From Minutocellus sp. GHC0000111 (taxonomy: Eukaryota): DNA of 64,000 nucleotides. This document shows positions 56,654 to 64,000 of the stretch, one piece after another. The stretch covers positions 3,100,001 through 3,164,000 of the forward strand of contig OZ361259.1 in NCBI GenBank assembly GCA_977018835.1, given 5' to 3'. The position numbers and the translations under genes were made by a program. The stretch's first letter is position 1, and every line of letters starts with the position of its first letter. The notes under the pieces were generated by a model, which ran no database searches, was not told the origin of the DNA, and was given only the letters and a program-made list of their open reading frames with translations.

Positions 56654-58081
56654 ATGGAAGCCAAGCTGCAATCTTGCCCGAAATCATCATCGATACCCAT
56701 CTGCTCCATCTGCCGGACCGCTCAATCGGCATACTGCTGCCCTCGATGCTCCACACGGACGTGCTCCCTCAAGTGCTGCCTCGAGCATAAGTCGCGCACC
56801 GGCTGCAATGGCAAGCGCGATCGGACGGCCTTTTGCTCCCTGGCGCGCTTTACCGATGCCCAGCTTGCTAGTGACTTTCACTTTCTCGAGGATGTGCTGA
56901 AATGTGGCGAGCGTGCCGGGCGGTTCGTGAGGGAGGAAATGGGGGGTGCCGCTGGACGGGGCTCGGCGTCAGGACGTGGCAAGCGTCATGGAAGACGACA
57001 TGAACAACAGCCGCACCAGCAGCGGAATGGATCCTTGAAAGACGAGAGTGGCCCAATATCTCCGTTGCTGCGCCTCAGCATGAAAGCTGCTGAAGAAAAG
57101 GAGGGCACTGGTGGTAGTGATGGCAAAGATGAAAAGTCAATGGCAGAACCAACAACAGCAACAACGAAGTTGGACGAACGAGAAGAAGGAGAGGTGGAAG
57201 AGGAGGCATCGACAATGAAACCAGCTACGAACATGAATGGAGAAAAAGATAAAGATGGCGCCCCAGCGGCTAAGCGTCAAAAGCTGGACGATTTCATGGC
57301 GAAAGACTCCAGCAACAATAGCATCATAGACAGCAGCAGCTTGCTCAATATTTGCCAACCGGCTTTCACGTCCATATCAAAAGAAAAAGACAATACTGCC
57401 ATCAATCAACAGGTGGCAAATCCAATCACTGCCGCGGCCGCTACCAATAACAACAATGCCGCGTCGAAAGTAAAGGTTGCTGAACCAGAATGGCTATCTC
57501 GCCATCCTCCTCATCTGCGCCGCCTTGTCCGTGCGGCCGCCGATCGCAGCACGACGCTTCTTTTGATGCCGGCCGGGATGGCTCGCAGAAAAGAAAATAC
57601 GACGACGCACAGTCCCAAACAGAATGTGATTCGATGGAGAATTGAGCTTCAATTCCACCTTAGGGTTTTATCGCCGTCGTCTGTGTCTTCCAGGAACATG
57701 GTCGATGCGAGTAGTAATGACAACTCAGATAATTTGCCCGCATCTGTGATTACCATATTCCTTGACGGAATACCAGAGTCGAACAAACTCAGTGAGATCA
57801 TATCAGCGCAACTAGATGTCAATCCTGAGGGGAAGAATCGAGAGGCAAGATCAAAGCTGCGAACGATGGCAACGATGCCACGGCCATCGCTGCACATTAT
57901 AACCAAAGTCCTTCCCTGCCCAGCATCTCGTCCTGTCTACACAGAAATTGGGTCGAAATCGAGCATTGCTGATGGTCTTGCACGTCTCACGGTTGTAGAA
58001 TATCCCGTCTTTGAGATTGTGAAGGAAAGCGATCTTGATAAATTTCCAAGGAAGATTGAAGAGCTCTCTGGTGCAGATTGA
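56654..58081 (+). CDS. BCD1: Box C/D snoRNA biogenesis protein BCD1/ZNHIT6 (zf-HIT)
   Basis: CSIC...YCCPRCSTRTCSLKCCLEHK...CNGKRDRT, LASDFHFLED, LLMPAGMARRKENTT, TVVEYPVF. Confidence 0.92.
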   Translation: MEAKLQSCPKSSSIPICSICRTAQSAYCCPRCSTRTCSLKCCLEHKSRTGCNGKRDRTAFCSLARFTDAQLASDFHFLEDVLKCGERAGRFVREEMGGAAGRGSASGRGKRHGRRHEQQPHQQRNGSLKDESGPISPLLRLSMKAAEEKEGTGGSDGKDEKSMAEPTTATTKLDEREEGEVEEEASTMKPATNMNGEKDKDGAPAAKRQKLDDFMAKDSSNNSIIDSSSLLNICQPAFTSISKEKDNTAINQQVANPITAAAATNNNNAASKVKVAEPEWLSRHPPHLRRLVRAAADRSTTLLLMPAGMARRKENTTTHSPKQNVIRWRIELQFHLRVLSPSSVSSRNMVDASSNDNSDNLPASVITIFLDGIPESNKLSEIISAQLDVNPEGKNREARSKLRTMATMPRPSLHIITKVLPCPASRPVYTEIGSKSSIADGLARLTVVEYPVFEIVKESDLDKFPRKIEELSGAD

Positions 58082-58373
58082 GGCTGGCGAAGTAGAAATC
58101 GAACTTTACATATCGTAGCAAAGTTCGAAGATATGTAACATCTAAAGTTGCTACCACACAACACTTCTGCACTTCAATATAGTGCAGGCAAATACGAGTA
58201 TGACATACCATAGCGACTCGCTAGTATTATAAACTATTTTTCTCTTACGAATTATACAATCTAGCTAGATTCTATTATGTTTTGAAAACACTGCTCAAAC
58301 AGTCAGTGTGCCTATATATCAATTATCACCTCTAACTCTTCGGACGTGATAAATGTCAACATTGGATGAGTTA

Positions 58374-58784
58374 TTACGCTACCATTGTAAAGCATGGTTC
58401 CTGTGAAAGGGCAATTCTACTCATGTTGGTAATTTTGGTTTGGGCGTTGATCTTCTTCATGTTCTCTTTGCCAATATTGTTGGCGATCGTCGTTGGAGGA
58501 TATGTGTTGATAGTATCGCGCACGTACTCGGCATCGAGCTGAGCCAAGGAGAGAGCGCGCTCCGTTGATATCTTGGAAATATGAATGGCAGCCTTGCGGA
58601 TGGTCGCGTCGTTGCAAAGATCGTTGTCAAATTGGTAATCTTGCTCGTCGAGGACGGCATCGACGACCTTCTTCTTGATCATGCTGCGAGTTTTCATCGA
58701 TGCCTGGCTTCGGAGATGTTCAAGGCCTCGCTCACACAGACCATTTTGCTCGGTAACAGCCTCGGGACGCTGGCGCATGTAATT
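58374..58784 (-). pseudogene. 5'-truncated 'CxRGLE' family gene (copy 3)
   Basis: NYMRQRPEAVTEQNGLCERGLEH...DAVLDEQDYQ; the N-terminal ~50 aa conserved in copies 1 and 2 are absent and replaced by LRR-gene sequence. Confidence 0.75.
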
Positions 58785-60019
58785 CCCATCGATTGAAAGT
58801 GGCTCGATCGCAAGGCCGCATCCAATTCTTCAAAACGATTGGCGCTGTCAGCTTTGCTCTTTGTCAGTCCTCGTCTCCAAGACCGTTTACTGACACAAAA
58901 TTTGCCTGTGGTTTCCTTCGACGACGCTGCAGCATCGCCATCGCGTTCTCCTCCTAAGAAAATATTTGGATTTTCGCGAATGTGATTGAACAATGAATCG
59001 AGACTCCCGTAACTTGCTCTGCCAACGACGGAAAGAAATTTGGGAACAAGCGGTGGATGTATGCCAGAAGATTGAATGCAATTCGAATGTTCCGACAGAA
59101 ACAAGTGTATCTTTTCTCGTCTTGCCTTGAAGGTCCCAAGCTTATTGAATCGCAGTAACCGTCGGAGTCGCTGCTGATTTGGCGCATCAGATGGGATGCC
59201 ATATACTTCCTTCAGCGTATGGTTTGAGCCGTTACAAACACTGTTGGGATCGGCATCGTCGTACAGTGCACCAATTAAGAGCCCGATACTGCGCTGACTC
59301 ATCTTTTCCAACTTACTGGAAACAAACAGCCAATTCAGATTCGAATTGGACTGTAGAGCGGATGCAATTGCCGCAAAGCCTGACTCTCCAATCGAATTGT
59401 CGCTGAGACCAAGACTTTCCATTGCAGTGTTGTTAGATTGCAGGCATTTTTCGGCAATCTCGATAGCCCCCTTTGGCCCGATTCCATTCCCCTTTAGTTC
59501 CAAATTGTACAATTGATCATTTCTATTTGACCACAGCGCCTGGGCAATATGCCGGATCCCTTCGTCCCCAAGGTTGTTTGATTCAAGTCGCAGGTCCTGC
59601 AGTATACAGTGAGGTGATGCGAGTCCTTCCGCAAGAGCAGTTGCTCCTTGAACACCCACGCCGCAGCCTTTGAGGTGGAGGTGGCGCAAGTTGCAATGTC
59701 CATCTTTGAGAGCATCCGCAAGAAATACCGCCCCGTTTGGGCCGATGTGGTTTTGCTGCAACTGGAGCTTCGTCAGGGACGGGACGTGGGTTGATCGCAA
59801 AATGCTGGACAAGGAGAGGGCACCAGCAGCAGACATGCTGTTGCTAATGAGGTTGAGAGTCTGGACCTTGCTGCTGTGACCATTTATCAAGGCATCGACG
59901 AGAATTCGGACGCCATCATCGCCGATATGCCTCCCTTTCAGGTGCACATCTTTGAGCTTGTGGTGAGGCGTCTCCCCGAGCAGGAAGGTCAGAACGTGAG
60001 TCAGTACGGGGTCGTCCAT
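58694..60019 (-). CDS. RNI-like leucine-rich repeat protein; 3' end runs out of frame into the truncated CxRGLE gene
   Basis: Repeated LxxLxLxxNxIGxxGAxxLAxAL units, then SNHTL and LLRFN motifs. Confidence 0.85.
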   Translation of the reverse strand: MDDPVLTHVLTFLLGETPHHKLKDVHLKGRHIGDDGVRILVDALINGHSSKVQTLNLISNSMSAAGALSLSSILRSTHVPSLTKLQLQQNHIGPNGAVFLADALKDGHCNLRHLHLKGCGVGVQGATALAEGLASPHCILQDLRLESNNLGDEGIRHIAQALWSNRNDQLYNLELKGNGIGPKGAIEIAEKCLQSNNTAMESLGLSDNSIGESGFAAIASALQSNSNLNWLFVSSKLEKMSQRSIGLLIGALYDDADPNSVCNGSNHTLKEVYGIPSDAPNQQRLRRLLRFNKLGTFKARREKIHLFLSEHSNCIQSSGIHPPLVPKFLSVVGRASYGSLDSLFNHIRENPNIFLGGERDGDAAASSKETTGKFCVSKRSWRRGLTKSKADSANRFEELDAALRSSHFQSMGITCASVPRLLPSKMVCVSEALNISEARHR

Positions 60020-60285
60020 ACTGGTACCTGCCGTGCCTTGTCTTCTGGGCTGGGCAAATCAGTTTATTTCACTGAGATATTATTTGCTCATCTCTACGAT
60101 CATATGAGTTTATGCAATGTTGAAGTGAGTTAGTTGTCCACAGAGGCGGTCTCAGGCGGTCTCAGGCCGTCGCGTCCATCGCCTTGGCGCATTGCGCCAG
60201 CTGCCAGAATGGAACACATTGCCATTTGCCGATGCCGGCGTGTGGTCCCGGCTGACGTTCGTTCGTTCGCGCCTCGCGCGCCTCA

Positions 60286-60414
60286 TCGACCACTCATTTC
60301 CGATTCCGCAGCTCACATTGAACGCACGAGGCCGCAATACCTTTGACAAAGATCGACCACTCATTTCCGCAGCGAAGCTCATTGAACGCACGAGACCGCA
60401 ATACCTTTGACAAA
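60286..60414. repeat. Imperfect ~65-bp tandem duplication abutting the dapF start codon
   Basis: TCGACCACTCATTTCCG...CATTGAACGCACGAG.CCGCAATACCTTTGACAAA occurs twice. Confidence 0.9.
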
Positions 60415-60415
60415 A

Positions 60416-61647
60416 ATGAGAATATCAGCCGCCGCTTCCTCTTTCTTGTTGGCATTCAGCGCCTCCCGTGCATCTGCGTTCGCCCCTGCCACCGCCATGG
60501 CATCGCGCACTGCCGCTGCCGCCGCGTCGTCTCTCTCGGTCTCCAAGGGGGACACCATCGAATTCGCCAAGTATGAGGGTCTGGGCAACGATTTCGTCCT
60601 CATTGACGATCGGGACAAGTCCGCCCCTTCGCTCACGCCCGAGCAGTCGGAGCGGCTGTGCAATCGCAACTTTGGCATTGGTGGTGACGGTGTCATTTTT
60701 GCCTTAAAGCCCGATGCCATTGAGGGCTCGCCGGAAGTGGAGGGCGGATATGACTTCACCATGAGGATCTACAACAGCGATGGCAGTGAGCCCGAGATGT
60801 GCGGCAACGGCATCCGATGCTTCGCTGCCTTCTTGAGAGATTTGGGCGCCGATGGTGAGTTTTGTGTGCTTCTTTTATTTGACTTCGCCAAAATGCTACC
60901 ATGCCGTTGGCAATGCAATTGCATCAAAAAATGCATTTGCTCTTACGTTGAATTCGTTGGTTATATCAATGTTGGTTTTACATCACTAATCCTGCCTGCC
61001 ATCACCTTCATCCGTCGATACATGACATGTCGATCTTCTGTGTCGTGTGTGCAGCCCCCTCGTACAATGTGAATACTCTTGCTGGCCCCATCGTTCCTGT
61101 TATGAACGATGATGCCGAAAAGACGATCACTGTGGACATGGGCCCGCCCATCCTTGATGGACCTACCGTCCCCACCACCCTTGAGCCCAATGCCGACGAC
61201 AACTCTGTGGTCGAGGAGACGCTGGAGTGCAACGGCAAGGAGTGGAAGGTCAGCGCCGTGAGCATGGGCAACCCTCATGCCATCATCTTTGTGGACGATC
61301 TGGAGAAGGATATTGATTTCGAGGTGGATGGACCTGCGTTGGAGAGCCACCCGGCCTTCCCCGCCAAGACCAATGTGGAGTTTGTTCAGGTGATGAGCCC
61401 GACTCATCTCAAGATGAAGGTGTGGGAGCGCGGTGCCGGCCCTACCCTGGCTTGCGGTACCGGTACCTGCGCTCTTGTCGTGGCGGCCATCCGTGCGAAC
61501 AAGATTCCCCGTCCTGCTGACGGAGAACAGGTCCGCGTAACCCTGCCCGGTGGTGATCTTCTCATTGAGTGGAGGGCAGAGAACAACAAGGTTTACATGA
61601 GTGGACCGGGAACCTTCTCTTTCAAGGGTCAGGCCGTCTTGAAATAA
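60416..61647 (+). CDS. dapF: Plastid-targeted diaminopimelate epimerase (intron 60855-61054)
   Basis: ASAFAP presequence; [57 protein letters not shown]. Confidence 0.96.
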
Positions 61648-61714
61648 ATGTATTAGACGATTAAAGTAGTCCACAGTCAGATTTGGGAAATATTTGTTGA
61701 ATTCTTATTTTAAT

Positions 61715-62530
61715 CTATGTCGACCAAAGAGTTTGGGCCTCCCTTGTCACCTTCTGCTCAACCGCAAGACGAAGGAAGGCCAGCACAGCCTTGCTGGCAC
61801 GAGCCGAACCCTCGCAAGCAGCCAAGTAGGCTTTGAGAGATGCCCTTCCAAAAGACATGGAAGACAGGATACCAGCATTGCTACCATTTCCTGCACTGGT
61901 AGCAGCCCCAGCATTGCTGGAACTGCTATTCGTGACGATAATAACCACGGCACCCTCTCCCGATGCCTCCTCCTCTGCGCAGGGGTCCAACCGGAGCTCG
62001 AACTTCTTACTGTCGGCGTCGCCATCTCCACCGCTGCCGTCCTCGTTTACCAGACAGGTTGTCGCCACGGGCAGTCCGACCATCTCCACACCAGCGTCCA
62101 ATAGGGACAAAACAGACGCATTCAGCGCCGTACCGATGGCACTTCCATCGCTCTTGAGAATCTGGACCACGACCTCGATGACCGTGCGGGGGTAGGCTTC
62201 GGTCCGGATGGTCGCGGCGAGGGCATCGGCCAGAAACCGCTCAACCTCCCTCTCCGTCGCACCGTACGCAGCCTTGGCAGAGCCGGCATCGTCCGAAGAA
62301 GACGAGGAGTGACGAAATATGACGCTGACGACGGCCCCGTCGGACCGTTCCCGTGAGGGGTTGCGAGGTGCGAGAGGACCGTAACAGGCAGCTAAGACTG
62401 TCGTCGATCCCGACGAGAGGGAGGCCGAGCCGTCGGCGCGATGAAGGGTCGATACCTCCGCAGCGAGGGGGCGGAGGGAACCGTTGGTTTGGCGCCCGTC
62501 GGGGCGACGGCGCTTCTGGGTTGCTGCCAT
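61715..62530 (-). CDS. RRP46: Exosome RNase PH-like subunit, RRP46/EXOSC5-like
   Basis: RPDGR...LRPL...LHRADGSA, VLAACYGP, YPRTVIEVVVQIL..DGS, LNAS.L.LLDAGV, LDP..EE. Confidence 0.82.
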   Translation of the reverse strand: MAATQKRRRPDGRQTNGSLRPLAAEVSTLHRADGSASLSSGSTTVLAACYGPLAPRNPSRERSDGAVVSVIFRHSSSSSDDAGSAKAAYGATEREVERFLADALAATIRTEAYPRTVIEVVVQILKSDGSAIGTALNASVLSLLDAGVEMVGLPVATTCLVNEDGSGGDGDADSKKFELRLDPCAEEEASGEGAVVIIVTNSSSSNAGAATSAGNGSNAGILSSMSFGRASLKAYLAACEGSARASKAVLAFLRLAVEQKVTREAQTLWST

Positions 62531-62779
62531 TGTTGTCAGGTCAAAAATGAAGGGTGGACGCGACGACGCGCGACGGAGCGGCGGCGACGAACGAAACGAA
62601 CACATGACAGACCAAATAAATCAATCCCAACAAACTTGACAGACCAAATCCCGAGAGCAAAAATGAGGCGATTTTGCAATTTGCGATATGGTTGGGCTCT
62701 CATCATCAGCCCCCTTGTTGTTGTGATTGCTGTGCGAGTCGAATCAATCTCTTCAATTTTGAGACACTTGCTAGCTAGT

Positions 62780-63820
62780 ATGGACTTCTACCGCGAGTGG
62801 CGACAGGAGAGCAATCCCTGGAGGGAGGCACATAAATCAGATGCAGAGGAGGAAGGGGGCAAATTCGTCACCTCGTTCCTCTGGTTCTTTGCTACTTTTG
62901 CCGCGTTGAACGTGGCGGGTCAATTCCTCGGCAATAGATGTCCAGAATCTCCCTTATCTACCCGTCCAACAGTTTTGGCTGGTACCTTTCATGCCCTGGC
63001 AACATCGGTGATATCGATATATCTGTTGGTTGTGCATCCACGCAAAGGAGATCCGGAAGACCATGCCCATAATCTTAGCGACGCAGAGCCTACAATCCTT
63101 ATTGACTGGTCCATGTGGCAGACGGTTGCCATACCTCTGTCGTTGTCCTACTTTGCGGCAGATGCCGTATGGTACTGCCTCCCGAGGTCAGACGGACTCA
63201 TCTTCTTCCATCATGTCATCATGTGTTTCTGCCATTATCCCATCATCAATCGTGCCGGTGCGACTCTGGCCGGTGGTGGAGACGCCACCTTTAGCACCTG
63301 GTTGTCCGTAATTGGGTATACGTCAGAGGTCTCAACATGCCTAATGAATTATAGATGGTATCTGCTGCAAACTCTTGACAGAGACTGGATCGGATTTGCC
63401 ATCGTGAACATTTTGGTGGTGATATCTTGGGCATATCGGATTGTCCTCTTTTCATATCTGCTGCTGTGGGAGATCATACCCAGAACACCACAATACGTGG
63501 AAACCAAACAACTCCTGACGTACGCGATAATGTTTAGTGGCCATGCAATCATCGGCGCGCTGTCGGTGTATTGGCTCCGGCTCATGTTGAAAGGTGGTCT
63601 AAAGTCACTGCTAACCTTTCGTAAAAAGAAGAGAAGGACATTGCAAGATGGTGGTGGAGGCTTTTCCTTTGGGGATGACATCGGCTTGGAAAGTAGCGTG
63701 CAAGACCAAACGATGGACCATGGTTTGCATTTGATACAGCAGGGTGTGGATGAAGCCAAGGGTTACGTCGATGGCACTCTCTTTAATCCGAGTAGCAATT
63801 CCAAGCATAAGGCATCATAA
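62780..63820 (+). CDS. TLC-domain (TRAM/LAG1/CLN8) membrane protein; start may be 62663
   Basis: SYFAADAVW, IFFHHVIM, SEVSTCLMNYRWYL, WAYRIV, LSVYWLRLMLKG. Confidence 0.82.
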   Translation: MDFYREWRQESNPWREAHKSDAEEEGGKFVTSFLWFFATFAALNVAGQFLGNRCPESPLSTRPTVLAGTFHALATSVISIYLLVVHPRKGDPEDHAHNLSDAEPTILIDWSMWQTVAIPLSLSYFAADAVWYCLPRSDGLIFFHHVIMCFCHYPIINRAGATLAGGGDATFSTWLSVIGYTSEVSTCLMNYRWYLLQTLDRDWIGFAIVNILVVISWAYRIVLFSYLLLWEIIPRTPQYVETKQLLTYAIMFSGHAIIGALSVYWLRLMLKGGLKSLLTFRKKKRRTLQDGGGGFSFGDDIGLESSVQDQTMDHGLHLIQQGVDEAKGYVDGTLFNPSSNSKHKAS

Positions 63821-64000
63821 TAGATGCTGGCCTACCGGCACATAATGTAAAGTTATTTATACTTGATAGCTTGTTTTTATTGACATATGAATTTTACTCT
63901 TGCTTTCATGACCTCATTTATTGAAGGAGGCTGTCATATCGTTAGCTTACTTTTGTGATAGAGTGATTGTGTCTGTACAATGTCACGGGAGCGGCATCTT

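Noticed and set aside
56654..62530. RNA-processing gene cluster (RluA, DDX47, BCD1, RRP46)
   Set aside because: The genes are scattered over 60 kb among unrelated genes; consistent with chance in a compact genome.

Overview
Gene-dense eukaryotic nuclear DNA, almost certainly from a diatom. Evidence: short GT-AG introns, ASAFAP/AF-type plastid presequences, a diatom-style GPCR and the diatom 'CxRGLE' protein family. About 33 protein-coding genes are present, including an RluA pseudouridine synthase, DDX47/RRP3, an MFS transporter, diacylglycerol kinase, a Ser/Thr kinase, a NIPA transporter, nitronate monooxygenase, YKT6, SRP receptor alpha, an SHAQKYF-type MYB, a JmjC protein, BiP, a VASt protein, BCD1/ZNHIT6, dapF, RRP46 and a TLC protein. 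Three things stand out. (1) A complete ~4.9 kb TA-flanked mariner-like DNA transposon (23417-28324) with imperfect ~45 bp TIRs, an oversized DD38D transposase with putative Tudor-like and HMG-like modules, and a second convergent gene of unknown function. (2) About a third of the host genes carry lesions. Many are homopolymer indels that may be sequencing error. Others are an 11-nt templated inverted insertion, short in-frame deletions and gene-truncating junctions that look like real mutations. (3) Several odd proteins: a catalytically degenerate seryl-tRNA synthetase paralog, a pore-less voltage-sensor protein and a membrane-anchored bacterial-like alpha/alpha-toroid protein. No rRNA, tRNA or CRISPR array was recognised. 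All product calls come from motif recognition by eye; no database search was run.
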